Shown here one piece after another: positions 1 through 9,210 of a stretch of 49,274 nucleotides of DNA. Position numbers and translations under genes: made by a program. Numbering within the stretch: position 1 is the first letter of the stretch; each line of letters opens with the position of its first letter. The DNA lies in contig PMYJ01000109.1 in the NCBI GenBank assembly GCA_003170875.1, positions 1-49,274 of the forward strand. The letters run 5' to 3'. The notes beneath the pieces were generated by a model. That model had not been told where the DNA came from, ran no database searches, and worked only from the letters and a program-made list of their open reading frames with translations. The DNA is from Candidatus Dormiibacterota bacterium (GTDB lineage: Bacteria > Chloroflexota > Dormibacteria > Aeolococcales > Aeolococcaceae).

Positions 1-17
1 AAGAAGAGGGTGCACCA

Positions 18-452
18 GTGAGCGGGGACGTCGGCATGCTGAGCCGGCTGCGGGTCGACCATGACGCTGGGGACCGCTTCCGCATTGCAGTTCGTCAACA
101 CACCCTCAGCGTCGATCAGCCGGAAGCCGACGGTGGTGAGGACACAGCGCCCACCCCCACCGAGCTCTTCGTCGCCAGCCTCGCCTCGTGCGTGGCCTTC
201 TACGCGCGCCGGTTCCTCTCTCGCCACGGCCTGCCGGTCGCGGGTCTTTCCGTCACCGCGGAGTTTCGCGTGGCCTCTCATCCGGCTCGGGTAGGGGAGG
301 TCAATCTGCAGGTGCAGGTTCCGGGTGGGCTGGCGCCTGCGCAGGAGGCGGCCCTGCTGGCCGTCGCCTCGCACTGCACGGTCCACAACACGCTGCTCCA
401 GCCCCCTGCGGTTCGCATCGAGCTCGCCGCGCTGACGCCGGGCGCGGCGTGA
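18..452 (+). CDS. OsmC/Ohr-family peroxiredoxin-like protein
   Basis: 144-codon ORF from GTG 18 with purine-rich gaagaggg upstream. Two conserved Cys contexts (SLASCVAFY, VASHCTVHNTL) typical of the OsmC fold. Its TGA overlaps the next start (GTGA at 449-452). Confidence 0.8.
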   Translation: MSGDVGMLSRLRVDHDAGDRFRIAVRQHTLSVDQPEADGGEDTAPTPTELFVASLASCVAFYARRFLSRHGLPVAGLSVTAEFRVASHPARVGEVNLQVQVPGGLAPAQEAALLAVASHCTVHNTLLQPPAVRIELAALTPGAA

Positions 453-1105
453 GCACCGCAGCCGACTGGGACACCCGCTACCGCGAGACCGACCGCGTGT
501 GGCCGGTCGCCCCCAACCTGTGGGTCGCCGAGGAGCTGGCCGGGCTGGCGCCGGGGCGCGCCCTGGACCTGGGCGCGGGAGAGGGACGGCACGCGCTCTG
601 GCTGGCCCGAACTGGGTGGTCGGTCGTGGCGGTCGACTTCGCCGCGGTGGGTCTGGACCGCGGGCGTGCTCTCGCGGGAGAGGATCCCGAGGTCGGGGGG
701 CGGATCCAATGGGTGGCCGCGGACCTGCGCATCTTCGTTCCGGAGGCGGAGGGCTTCGATCTGGTCCTTCTCTCCTACATCCATCTGCCATCTGACGAAC
801 GGGCCGGGCTGTTGCGCCGGGCAGCCGCGGGGCTGGCGGCGGGAGGCACCCTGCTCGTCGTCGGCCATGCCACGCGCAACGCGACCGACGGGGTGGGCGG
901 CCCGGCTGACGTCACCGTGCTGTTCGAGCCGGCCGACGTCGTTGCCGACCTGCGCGACAGCGGACTGAGCGTCGACGTGGCTGAGGAGCGGGTGCGTCCC
1001 GTCAGCGGGAGCGAGCGTCCAGCCATCGATGTGGTTGTTCGAACCCGCCGCGGGGGGCGCCCGACCGAGTCGCCTCAGGCGGGAGAAGATCACGATGCAA
1101 CTTGA
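449..1105 (+). CDS. class I SAM-dependent methyltransferase
   Basis: In-frame GTG 449 inside track ORF 188..1105. SAM motif I LDLGAGEGRHALWLA, then VVAVDF and LLVVGH. The upstream part of the track ORF overlaps OsmC in another frame and is not used. Confidence 0.8.
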   Translation: MSTAADWDTRYRETDRVWPVAPNLWVAEELAGLAPGRALDLGAGEGRHALWLARTGWSVVAVDFAAVGLDRGRALAGEDPEVGGRIQWVAADLRIFVPEAEGFDLVLLSYIHLPSDERAGLLRRAAAGLAAGGTLLVVGHATRNATDGVGGPADVTVLFEPADVVADLRDSGLSVDVAEERVRPVSGSERPAIDVVVRTRRGGRPTESPQAGEDHDAT

Positions 1106-1364
1106 CGAGACAGCGCTGACCGAGGTGCTCAAGCGGCTGAGGCGCGCGGAGGGCCAGCTCGGCGGGGTCATCCGCATGATCGAGAGCGGCCGTGACTGTG
1201 CCGACGTCGTCACCCAGCTGGCAGCCGTGTCCCGTGCCCTCGATCGGGCCGGATTCCGGCTGATCGCCAGCGGGCTCCAGCAGTGCGTGGTCGCCCGTGA
1301 GGGAGGGGTGGCGGCCACCGTGGACGAGGAGCAGTTGGAGAGGCTGTTCCTCTCTCTGGCTTGA
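1095..1364 (+). CDS. CsoR/RcnR-family (DUF156) metal- or persulfide-sensing transcriptional repressor
   Basis: ATG 1095 preceded by gggagaag. About 89 aa, all-helical. Family signature EGQLGGVIRMIE...GRDCADVVTQLAAV...LQQC. The two Cys are 29 residues apart, and the residue at C-4 is Gly rather than His. Overlaps the methyltransferase 3' end by 11 nt. Confidence 0.8.
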   Translation: MQLDETALTEVLKRLRRAEGQLGGVIRMIESGRDCADVVTQLAAVSRALDRAGFRLIASGLQQCVVAREGGVAATVDEEQLERLFLSLA

Positions 1365-1585
1365 GCGCGGGAGTTCGTGGATGGTGATCTGCATAGCCGT
1401 GGCCGCGTACGGGTGCATCGATCCCCGCCGGGGGCGCGACGGGGCCACGGGCTTCTACTCGCCGGCCGAGCCGAGGATCGCGCAGGCGTGCGACATCGTC
1501 CACCAGATCGTGTTGGACCGCCTCTCGTAGTTCCGCTTCCGGCAGTCGCATAGACCCGTCGGATTGGGTGCCGAGGTCGTAGGCG

Positions 1586-1591
1586 TAGGCT
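1586..1591 (+). promoter_or_regulatory. candidate -10 box (TAGGCT), 7 nt before ATG 1599 (leaderless geometry)
   Basis: TANNNT-type hexamer 7 nt upstream of the start codon, with no Shine-Dalgarno between them. Confidence 0.3.
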
Positions 1592-1598
1592 GAGCCTC

Positions 1599-2570
1599 AT
1601 GAGAGCAGTCGTCCACGACCGGTACGGTCCGCCAGAGGTCCTGCGCCTTGTAGACGTCGAGCAGCCCGTCCCCAAGGACGACGAAGTGCGCGTGAGGGTG
1701 CACGCCACCACAGTCAGCCGGACAGACTGCGCACTCCGCGCAGGGGAGCCGTTCGCCTCCCGCTTTGTCACGGGTCTCTGGCGCCCGAAGGGGAGGATCC
1801 TCGGGAGCGATCTGGCCGGGGAGATCGAGGCGGTCGGCGCAACCGTCAGCGAGTTCGAGGTCGGTGATCGGGTCTTCGGCATCAATCCATGGAAGTTCGG
1901 GGCGCATGCGGAGCTCATCTGTGTGCGAGCAGGTGCCGCACTGGCGCCCATGCCGGCCGGCATGGAGTTCGAGGACGCGGCGGCGGTCTGCGACGGAGCG
2001 ATCCTGGCGCTGAATGCCCTGAGGCCGGCAGAGCTCCGGAAGGGGCAGAGGATCCTCGTCTACGGCGCCTCGGGATCCATCGGCACCGCGGCGGTGCAGC
2101 TGGCCAGACACCTCGGTGCCGCCGTCACCGCCGTGTGCAACACCAAGAACATCGAGCTGGTGAGGTCACTCGGCGCCGAGGAGGTCATCGACTACACGCA
2201 GGATGACTTCATGGGGAGCGGTCAGACCTACGACGTCATCCTCGACGCCGTGGGCACTCTGCGATTCCGCGATTGTCGCGGCTCCCTGAAGCGGGGTGGT
2301 GTCTACCTTGCAACCGACGGCTTTCGCAACCTGTTTCTCTCCGCGTGGACCGCGCGGATTGGCGACAGGCGGGTGCGGTTCTCGATACCTCCTCGATTCA
2401 CGAAGCAGGATGTCGTGTTCCTCAAGGAGCTCGTCGAGGCGGGGAAATACCGAGCCGTCATCGATCGCCGCTACCCGATGGAACAGGTGATCGAGGCCAC
2501 AAGGTACGTCGAGACGAAGCAGAAGACGGGGAACGTCGTCCTGGTCCTGAGCGGCGACAGCCGGACGTGA
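1599..2570 (+). CDS. zinc-type/MDR-family NAD(P)-dependent oxidoreductase (quinone oxidoreductase-like)
   Basis: 323-aa ORF. GroES-like N-terminus (GSDLAGEIEAVG, GDRVFG) and Rossmann motif VYGASGSIGTAAVQLA. Confidence 0.85.
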   Translation: MRAVVHDRYGPPEVLRLVDVEQPVPKDDEVRVRVHATTVSRTDCALRAGEPFASRFVTGLWRPKGRILGSDLAGEIEAVGATVSEFEVGDRVFGINPWKFGAHAELICVRAGAALAPMPAGMEFEDAAAVCDGAILALNALRPAELRKGQRILVYGASGSIGTAAVQLARHLGAAVTAVCNTKNIELVRSLGAEEVIDYTQDDFMGSGQTYDVILDAVGTLRFRDCRGSLKRGGVYLATDGFRNLFLSAWTARIGDRRVRFSIPPRFTKQDVVFLKELVEAGKYRAVIDRRYPMEQVIEATRYVETKQKTGNVVLVLSGDSRT

Positions 2571-2594
2571 CCATCGCGGCCCGCTGACCCGTGA

Positions 2595-4169
2595 CTAGGA
2601 GAAGTCCCGTAGTCCTCTCCAGAGCTGCGGAAGCGGCGCCTTGAGGGTGCAGAGGGTGACCGGGCTGCCCTGCTCGAGGCTGGCGACCTGGTAAGGGACG
2701 GTGAGGTGGGCGACCACCCTCGCTGAGGTGCACATCCAGGCGACGTCGGACGGCTCGTAGCCGGCCATGAGCGCGTGAGCTGCAGAGAGGTGCGCCGGCA
2801 GCCAGAAGTAGTCGCTCAGCTGCGGGCTGTAACTGGCGGGGAGGAGCTTTGGATTGCCGAAGATCTGGAGCGCCCCTGCGACGCCGTAGTCGGACGAGAC
2901 GATGACCGTCGTGTCCCGCTCAGGCGACGGCAGCGCCCCATAGATGGCCGTCATCTGCTGGGTGATGGAGACCCAGCCGACCGTGGACGCGAGGTCCGTG
3001 TTGGTGGTGTCGAGGCCGCTCGCGTGGAGCTGGCTGGCGGGGGTTATGGGCAGGATGATCTTGGCGAGAGCGACGATGCCGAGGAGACTCGCGACGACGA
3101 CCGCGATCGCCAGCCCTGACCGGAGCCGCGGGCGCTCGACCCGGGAGAGGGCGAGAAGGCCGGCGGCCATGACGATGGGGACGGTGGGGGCCGGGTAGTA
3201 GTACTTGCCCACGAAGAGGTAGACGACCAGCGGGACGGCACACGCGGTGCCGATCGCACGAAGCTCAGGCCGCCGGAAGAGAGAGATCAGGCCGGCGATC
3301 CAGAGGGGGGTGAGCAGGAAAAGGAGAACCAGGAAGAGGACCAGGAAGTTGCCGACCGCTCCTCCCGACTGGATGCTTCCCTGATGGTTGAGGATGTAGG
3401 TGAGGGTGGGAAGGCTGTTGGCGATCTGCCAGACGACGTTAGGCAGCCAGAGGAGCAGCATCAGCGACGCCCCGATCCAGGGATACCTCGTTCGGAGCTC
3501 CTTCCTGAGCTGGGGGGTGAGGAGGACCGCGATGGCGATGCCCGCGATGAGCGGGAGGATCAGGTACTTGATCTCGAGACCGACGCCGAGGGTCAGGCCG
3601 AGCCAGATCCAGGTGCGCGGCCTGCGGTCGATGACGAGTGAGAGCAACCAGTAGAGGGAGAGCATCCACGTCACCTGGTCGAAGATCACCGTCTGGAAGA
3701 GCCAGGTACCCACGATCAGTGGGGCGGTGACCGCGACGAGGAGGCCGAGCGCCTGAAGCTTGAGGGAGCCGCCGAGCTTGCGCACGTAGGCGCCGGAGAT
3801 GACCACGTTGGCGCCGCTCAAGAGCGCGGGGAGGAGGCGAAGCGTCCAGGGGGTGACCCCCAGGAGCTCCGTCTCGAGTCGGGCGAGCAGGGGGACGACG
3901 GGGGGGAAGTCGACATACCCGAAGGCCGGGTGGCGGCCGCTCGCCAGGTAGTAGAGCTCGTCGATGTGGAACCCGAGGATGCCGTCGGTCGCGAGGTGGA
4001 CGGCGATGATCAGGGCGGCGGCGCCCCCGAAGAGCAGGAGCGTCGCCCCCGGGAGGACGACCCGGGTCCGTCTCTCGGCCCGGTGCGCCGGGCTGGTTGC
4101 GGGTACCAGTCTCGTTTCCTCCGCCTGCCGTTTATGGGGTCGTGGTCGCCGTGGCCCTCGGTCGGTCAT
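2595..4169 (-). CDS. GT-C fold glycosyltransferase (family 39 / ArnT-PMT-like), polytopic membrane protein
   Basis: ATG at 4169 (MTDRGPRR...) inside the 817-codon track ORF. Has many hydrophobic helices, an acidic first-loop motif HIDELYYLASG, and a soluble C-terminal domain. The family call rests on layout and that motif only. Confidence 0.6.
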   Translation of the reverse strand: MTDRGPRRPRPHKRQAEETRLVPATSPAHRAERRTRVVLPGATLLLFGGAAALIIAVHLATDGILGFHIDELYYLASGRHPAFGYVDFPPVVPLLARLETELLGVTPWTLRLLPALLSGANVVISGAYVRKLGGSLKLQALGLLVAVTAPLIVGTWLFQTVIFDQVTWMLSLYWLLSLVIDRRPRTWIWLGLTLGVGLEIKYLILPLIAGIAIAVLLTPQLRKELRTRYPWIGASLMLLLWLPNVVWQIANSLPTLTYILNHQGSIQSGGAVGNFLVLFLVLLFLLTPLWIAGLISLFRRPELRAIGTACAVPLVVYLFVGKYYYPAPTVPIVMAAGLLALSRVERPRLRSGLAIAVVVASLLGIVALAKIILPITPASQLHASGLDTTNTDLASTVGWVSITQQMTAIYGALPSPERDTTVIVSSDYGVAGALQIFGNPKLLPASYSPQLSDYFWLPAHLSAAHALMAGYEPSDVAWMCTSARVVAHLTVPYQVASLEQGSPVTLCTLKAPLPQLWRGLRDFS

Positions 4170-4394
4170 CTCCCCCTGCCGAGGCGCGCTTCCACGCTGA
4201 GGGCACGGCGGATGGCCGAAGCCGGTGGGGTAAGGGCTCTGCGGGACCAAATGTACACAGGTGATCGTGCCCCGTTCAACTCGGGCGTGTTCCGGCGCCC
4301 GGCGGCTGTGCGATGCTCGCTCAAGGACCCCGGACGGGGTGGTCGCCGGCCGCGACGGCAGCCGGCGATGGTCGGTTTGGAGAGGACGAGCGAT

Positions 4395-4757
4395 ATGGGC
4401 CGGATCGTGCACTTCGAGATCACCGCGGATGACGTCGCCCGAGCGCGGAGGTTCTACGAGATCTTCGACTGGGAGATCACCGATGCGGGCATGCCGGGGA
4501 CAGACTACTGGCTGGCCAAGACCGGGGAGGGCGGCATGGGCATCGACGGGGCGATCATGCCGCGGGCCTACAAGTCGCAGCCGAGCATCGTCTGGATCGG
4601 AGTCGGTGACCTGGACGCCACCATGGAGCGCGTGGTCGCCGCCGGCGGCAGCATCGTCGGAGCGAAGCAAACGGTCCCCGGGGTCGGCGACACGGTCTAC
4701 GCCACGGACACCGAGGGCAACACCCTCGGGATCATCCAACCGGTGCCACGCGGGTGA
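4395..4757 (+). CDS. VOC (glyoxalase/bleomycin-resistance/dioxygenase) family protein
   Basis: ATG 4395 with ggagagga 9 nt upstream. N-terminus MGRIVHFEITADDVARARRFYEIFDWE, with the second half-domain ending YATDTEGNTLGIIQ. Confidence 0.8.
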   Translation: MGRIVHFEITADDVARARRFYEIFDWEITDAGMPGTDYWLAKTGEGGMGIDGAIMPRAYKSQPSIVWIGVGDLDATMERVVAAGGSIVGAKQTVPGVGDTVYATDTEGNTLGIIQPVPRG

Positions 4758-4785
4758 GCGCGCGCAGGGAATCGAAGAGAGTGAG

Positions 4786-5178
4786 ATGAGCCCGATGCCG
4801 GCGGGGGGGATGCCGCGCCCGAGTGAGGGGGCGCTGGCGGCCTTCCAGTCGCTGGTGCCGGACGTCGCGGGCGTGACCGCCCGGCCGATGTTCGGCAACC
4901 GCGCCGCCTTCGTGAACGGCAACATGTTTGCCGGGCTCTTCGGGGACGCTCTCTTCGTCCGCGTCGACTCTGACGGGCGGCAGCGCCTCCTCGCGGAAGG
5001 CGGATCCGACTTCGAGCCCATGCCGGGGCGGCCGATGAGGGGATACACCTGCCTCGCTCCCGGCTGGGAGTTGGCGGTGGGACCTGCGCGGGAATGGGTC
5101 GACCGTGCCCTGACCTACGTCGCCGCTCTCCCGCCCAAGTCAGGCGCGCCGCGGGGAAGGGGTGGCGCAAAGGCCTAG
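4786..5178 (+). CDS. TfoX/Sxy N-terminal domain family protein
   Basis: ATG 4786 inside track ORF 4261..5178. Motif block RPMFGNRAAFVNGNMFAGLFGDALFVRV is typical of TfoX_N. Confidence 0.7.
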   Translation: MSPMPAGGMPRPSEGALAAFQSLVPDVAGVTARPMFGNRAAFVNGNMFAGLFGDALFVRVDSDGRQRLLAEGGSDFEPMPGRPMRGYTCLAPGWELAVGPAREWVDRALTYVAALPPKSGAPRGRGGAKA

Positions 5179-5633
5179 CCGTGGCTCCTCCCGGTCTGCT
5201 CGCCGGCTGGTTGTGCAGTTCGCAGGCGCGTTCGTGCGTCCGCGATGACCGCCGACCCGGCGTCCAGGACAAAGAGAAGGATCGCTGCGTCATCGAGGAG
5301 GCCAGCCGCCACAGAGCCGGCGAATAACTGAGAGAGGCCCCACGCGGCGAACGCCATCATCGCCACCAGCCGCATGACGAGACGTCGCCAGGCGGGCGGG
5401 TGAGCGATGCTCATGGCCGCGATCGCACCGGCGACGAGAAGCAACGGAGCCGCAGACAAGCCTGCATGGTGCGTCCAATGGACGCTGGCGTTGACCCCGT
5501 CGGTAACCACGAGTAGGAGGCTTCCTGCGATCGAGAGCGTTCCAAGACCGACCGCAACGGCGAGTCGGAAGCGGGGCGCGGCGGGGAAGGCGGACGGCTC
5601 AGAGGTTGGCATCCTGGGATGCAGATCATGCAC
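5175..5633 (-). CDS. hypothetical integral membrane protein (His-containing helices)
   Basis: 152-codon ORF with 4 hydrophobic segments. Lies last in the minus-strand run that begins with the ferric-reductase-like gene. Start uncertain (alternative Met 8). Confidence 0.5.
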   Translation of the reverse strand: MHDLHPRMPTSEPSAFPAAPRFRLAVAVGLGTLSIAGSLLLVVTDGVNASVHWTHHAGLSAAPLLLVAGAIAAMSIAHPPAWRRLVMRLVAMMAFAAWGLSQLFAGSVAAGLLDDAAILLFVLDAGSAVIADARTRLRTAQPAGEQTGRSHG

Positions 5634-5699
5634 CTCGACTGCCGGAGGCCGGGCCTATCTCCGTCCGCTCCAGGATGGCTTCCGGAGGACGGGCGGCGT

Positions 5700-6422
5700 T
5701 CAGTGCCCCAATGCGACCACGAACGGGGTCTGCCAGACCAAGGTGCCCGCCGCCAACACCGCGCCCATGAGTACGGAGGCGGCCACCCAGGCCCTGCGCC
5801 GCGCCCGTCCCGAGAGCGACGGCCGCTCGGCGATGTCGCGCAGCACGAGTGTGGGGGCCTGTTCGAGATGCCCCACCACGTGGATGGCCATCAGTCCGAA
5901 CCAGAGGACAAAGGCCGCTTTGTGCGCGGTGAGCCAGATCTCCCCGAGACGCGTGCCGAAGAGCCACAGCTCGATACCGGTGCCCAGCAGCCCCACCGTG
6001 GAGAGCACGACCAGGGGACCGATCAGCCGTAGCGGGATGGGAGGCGGCCCGGCCTCGCGGTAGCGGGGGTCGCCAAGGTAGTAGCCGGCGAAACGCCGGC
6101 CGGTGCTGGCGAGCTTGAGGAGCACCGGGGGCACCAGCATCAGTCCGATCGCGAGGTGGACCGGAAGCAGGCGCCGGATCGAGAGGAGGGTAGCTCCCTC
6201 AACGGCGAGCAACACCAGGAGCACGACGCCGGTGGTGGCAGTGAGCCGGGCATTCGCCTCCACCGCGGCGGCGGCCCGCCGCGGCAGGGAGTGGGGGCCG
6301 GTCACCAACTCTGCGAAGGGGCGCGCCCAGGAACGTATCAACGCCTCCGCTTCCGAAGCCGCCGGGCTGAGCCCGCCAGGCTCGTCCATCTCGTCCATGC
6401 CGGTGACGTTCAGCCTAGGCAC
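5700..6422 (-). CDS. polytopic His-rich membrane protein (possibly cytochrome-b-like / DUF4405-like)
   Basis: 240-codon ORF with 5-6 hydrophobic helices and His in helices (PVHLAIGL; TAHKAAFVLWFGLMAIHVVGHL). Its GTG start overlaps the FMN-binding gene stop by 8 nt; alternative ATG starts at 6398 and 6389. Confidence 0.6.
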   Translation of the reverse strand: MPRLNVTGMDEMDEPGGLSPAASEAEALIRSWARPFAELVTGPHSLPRRAAAAVEANARLTATTGVVLLVLLAVEGATLLSIRRLLPVHLAIGLMLVPPVLLKLASTGRRFAGYYLGDPRYREAGPPPIPLRLIGPLVVLSTVGLLGTGIELWLFGTRLGEIWLTAHKAAFVLWFGLMAIHVVGHLEQAPTLVLRDIAERPSLSGRARRRAWVAASVLMGAVLAAGTLVWQTPFVVALGH

Positions 6423-6924
6423 GCGCCATGTCCAGCGCTGACTGCACTGACTGAGCGTAGCTCTGGCTGTCGTATGTCGCTCCGCTGACGATGTTGATCT
6501 GAGCGCTCTGCGCCTTGAGCACCTCCTGGCCGAGGTAGGGCGTGGCGACCGAGGCTATGTACGCGGACTGAGGGTTGTCGCTCGGAGACTGGAGCGTCTT
6601 GACACCGCTGATTCGGCCTCCGGATACCACAATCTGCACCTGAAGGGGTCCGAAGAAGCTGGTCACGGTCTGGCCCGTGAAAGTTCCGTTCTTGAGGCCG
6701 CTCGCCGCGGGCGTGGAAGCGGAAGTCGGAGCTGGGGAGCTTCCACCCGAAGGGGGGGCGCCGGAGGGAGTGGCCGTCGCTGTGGAAACAGGGACCGAGG
6801 ACGAGCTTGGCGGAGGTGGTACCGCCGCCGTGCTCAATGAGCTGGAAGGTGGCGTGCGGAAGCTGAGGGCGAGGGACACGCCGACCCCAATGGCGGCCAA
6901 GGTGACGGCGGCGCGAACGGCCAT
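6415..6924 (-). CDS. exported FMN-binding domain protein (FMN_bind) with SGAT flavinylation motif
   Basis: ATG 6924 with a GAGGA Shine-Dalgarno overlapping the upstream stop. N-terminal signal-anchor MAVRAAVTLAAIGVGVSLAL, a Pro/Ser-rich linker, and a C-terminal FMN_bind-like domain ending INIVSGATYDSQSY. Confidence 0.75.
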   Translation of the reverse strand: MAVRAAVTLAAIGVGVSLALSFRTPPSSSLSTAAVPPPPSSSSVPVSTATATPSGAPPSGGSSPAPTSASTPAASGLKNGTFTGQTVTSFFGPLQVQIVVSGGRISGVKTLQSPSDNPQSAYIASVATPYLGQEVLKAQSAQINIVSGATYDSQSYAQSVQSALDMARA

Positions 6925-6934
6925 GGCTGGATCC

Positions 6935-8518
6935 TCAGGTGAGAAACGCGAAGCGCTCGACGTGGACTTGTCCGGCGGGGACCTTGAGAGCGCGCAGGCT
7001 GCTCATGACCGTGTCGACCATCTCCCGGGGACCGCAGATGAAGACATCTCGCTCCCGCAGGTCCGGGGCGGCCGCGATCAAGAATCGGGGCGCAAGGGGG
7101 TGAATGCCGACCTCGTGGCCACGGCGCCCGACGATGTAATGGACCACCCCACCGCGCGCCGCGACCAGCTGGTCAAGCTCGGCCTTGAAGACCACGTCCT
7201 CCCAGGAACTGGCGCGGTAGAGGAGGGTTATGGAGTTCTTCCGCTGCGGCATCTCCTCGATCAGTGCACGCAGCGGAGTGACGCCGATGCCGCCGGCGAT
7301 GAGAAGCGCTCGGGGACGCCGCCGTCGCACCGCCGTGAAGACGCCAAAGGGGCCTTCCAGGACGACTCGCGTTCCGGGCCGGAGGCGATGCAGCGAGCGG
7401 GTGAAGTCGCCCACCTCCTTGACGGTGATGCGGAGGTACTCGCCGTTGGGCGCCGCCGAGAGAGAGAAGGGATGGACCTGCCACCAGAGACCGCCCGCCA
7501 GGAAGCGGAACTTGAAGAACTGGCCGGCGCGCACCGGGAGCTCGGCCAGGGCGCGGCCTTTGATGTAGATGGAGATCACATCCGAAGCCTCCTCGACGAT
7601 CGCGTCGACCCTCAGACGGTGGCGTGCCGCCATCCGCGCGGGGGCGACGATGCGGAACGCGACCACCAGGGCGGTGGCGACCGCGTACAGCGACACCCAG
7701 TAGCCGAGCGCGAGGCTGTCGTGGACGAAGTCGGTGCCTGCGGCCAGCTGGTGGGCGAAACTCAGCGCGATCGCCAAGTAGACGAGGAAGTGGACGAGAT
7801 GCCAGCTCTCGTGGGAGAGTCGCCGCCGCGCCGCCCGAACCGAGACGACGGCGATGAGCACGAAGAGCGCGGCACCGACGTAAGCCATCAGCATGAAGGG
7901 GTAGCTGGTCAGGAACACGCTGGTCTGAGCCGCGATGGAGCGGCCGTCGGCGAGCGCGTAGCCCGCGGTGGTGAGGATCACGTGGGCCACGATGAGGTTG
8001 ACGGTCGCGAAGCCCAGCCACCGGTGCCAGCCTGCGATGCGGTCGATCTCGAACAGACCGTCGACCCAGGGGGACCGGGACATCAGCACCACCTGAACCA
8101 GCGCGGAGTAGGTGCCAAGCAGGGCGGAGAGCTGGCCCAGCGCGATCATCACCGAGGCCGGGTTGGTCAGATGGGGGAACTGCCCGTGGCGGGCCCACAT
8201 GATGAGGATCAGCGCGGCGTTGCCCAGGACGACCAGGATCACGTCATTCGGGCGCAACCCCCAGGTGCGCGGGACTCGGACGGATCGGCGGGTGGCGGCA
8301 GATACCGGCCTGTGGGTGGTGGGGGCGGACGTTGGCGAGGAGGCGAACTGGCGCACGAGGACGATCGTGGCCCGGCCCCCTGACGGAAGGCTGACGGTGG
8401 GGCCGTAGGGTGGAACGGCGCGCCCGATCAAGCGGGTGGCTTCAGGATTCCGCAAGCCTGTGGCGAGAGCCTCGAATCGTGATCGATGGCTTCGTGACGG
8501 CGGCCCTCCCCCGGGCAA
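6935..8518 (-). CDS. ferric-reductase/NOX-like transmembrane flavocytochrome (FRD TM domain + FAD + NAD(P)H domains)
   Basis: His pairs in TM helices (AGWHRWLG...VAHVIL; SWHLVHF...FAHQL), FAD motif VHPFSLS, NAD motif LLIAGGIGVTP, and FICGP. The maximal ORF is given. The true start may be the internal GTG at 8356, because 8518 lies only 26 nt from the divergent regulator start. Confidence 0.85.
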   Translation of the reverse strand: MPGGGPPSRSHRSRFEALATGLRNPEATRLIGRAVPPYGPTVSLPSGGRATIVLVRQFASSPTSAPTTHRPVSAATRRSVRVPRTWGLRPNDVILVVLGNAALILIMWARHGQFPHLTNPASVMIALGQLSALLGTYSALVQVVLMSRSPWVDGLFEIDRIAGWHRWLGFATVNLIVAHVILTTAGYALADGRSIAAQTSVFLTSYPFMLMAYVGAALFVLIAVVSVRAARRRLSHESWHLVHFLVYLAIALSFAHQLAAGTDFVHDSLALGYWVSLYAVATALVVAFRIVAPARMAARHRLRVDAIVEEASDVISIYIKGRALAELPVRAGQFFKFRFLAGGLWWQVHPFSLSAAPNGEYLRITVKEVGDFTRSLHRLRPGTRVVLEGPFGVFTAVRRRRPRALLIAGGIGVTPLRALIEEMPQRKNSITLLYRASSWEDVVFKAELDQLVAARGGVVHYIVGRRGHEVGIHPLAPRFLIAAAPDLRERDVFICGPREMVDTVMSSLRALKVPAGQVHVERFAFLT

Positions 8519-8544
8519 CCCCGCATGGCGGTACCGTTTCGGAG

Positions 8545-9210
8545 ATGAGACTCCTACTCGCCGAGGACGACGCGGCGTTGCTCTCGGTGCTCGCCCGCGG
8601 GCTCCGCCAGAACGGCTACCTGGTCGACACCGTCGATCGGGGTGACGATGCTCTTCACATGCTGAGGGTCGGCGAGTTTGCCGCCGCGGTGCTGGACTGG
8701 CAGATGCCGGGGCTCGACGGTGCTGAGGTGATCACCGAGGCGCGGCGTCAGGGACTTCGGCTTCCGATCCTGATGCTCACCGCCAGGGACACAGCGCGGG
8801 ATCGGGTTCGCGGGTTGGACTCGGGGGCCGACGACTACCTGGTCAAGCCGTTCGACTTCGAGGAACTGCTGGCGCGGCTCCGGGCCCTGCTGCGGCGGGG
8901 CGGTTCGGCGGGCGGGCCGACCCTCCGGCTGGCCGGTTTGGAGCTGGACCCTGCGACGCACGAGGTCCGCAGCGCGGCGCGCCTCGTCGCCCTGACCCCG
9001 CGCGAGTACGCCATCCTGGAGCTGCTGATGCGTCGGGCTGGGGCGGCGGTCACCAGGCAGAGCATCGCCGAGCAGGTCTGGCCGGAGGCGGACGCGAGTT
9101 GGAACGCCATGGAAGCGCATATGGCGCGGCTCCGCGCCAAGCTCGGCGGGGACGCCGGGGTCGCCATCGTCGCGGTCCGCGGAACCGGATACCGGCTGGT
9201 TGGCGGATGA
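8545..9210 (+). CDS. OmpR/PhoB-family response regulator
   Basis: ATG 8545. Receiver domain (LLAEDD, VLDWQMPGLDG, LTARD) plus a winged-helix output (LTPREYAILELL, GTGYRLV). Confidence 0.9.
   Translation: MRLLLAEDDAALLSVLARGLRQNGYLVDTVDRGDDALHMLRVGEFAAAVLDWQMPGLDGAEVITEARRQGLRLPILMLTARDTARDRVRGLDSGADDYLVKPFDFEELLARLRALLRRGGSAGGPTLRLAGLELDPATHEVRSAARLVALTPREYAILELLMRRAGAAVTRQSIAEQVWPEADASWNAMEAHMARLRAKLGGDAGVAIVAVRGTGYRLVGG

Noticed and set aside
1365-1598. A 234-nt gap with small ORFs in several frames, including a Cys/Trp-containing tail ...CDCRKRNYERRSNTIWWTMSHACAILGSAGE, considered as a RiPP-like precursor.
   Set aside because: There is no plausible start codon or SD for that frame apart from a 13-codon remnant. 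It belongs to a shadow ORF antisense to the dehydrogenase gene, and no modifying enzymes are nearby.
278-1963. 561-codon minus-strand ORF spanning four plus-strand genes.
   Set aside because: It runs opposite OsmC, the methyltransferase, the CsoR-like gene and the dehydrogenase, all of which have motifs. It has shadow-ORF composition.
3930-4785. Long N-terminal extensions of track ORFs 3930..4757 and 4261..5178.
   Set aside because: The extensions overlap the glycosyltransferase gene or each other and lack motifs. Internal ATGs (4395 with an SD; 4786) give proteins of normal VOC and TfoX_N length.
6677-8383. 568-codon plus-strand ORF.
   Set aside because: It is antisense to the ferric-reductase-like gene and the FMN-binding gene. 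It is acidic/Gly/Arg low-complexity sequence with no motif.
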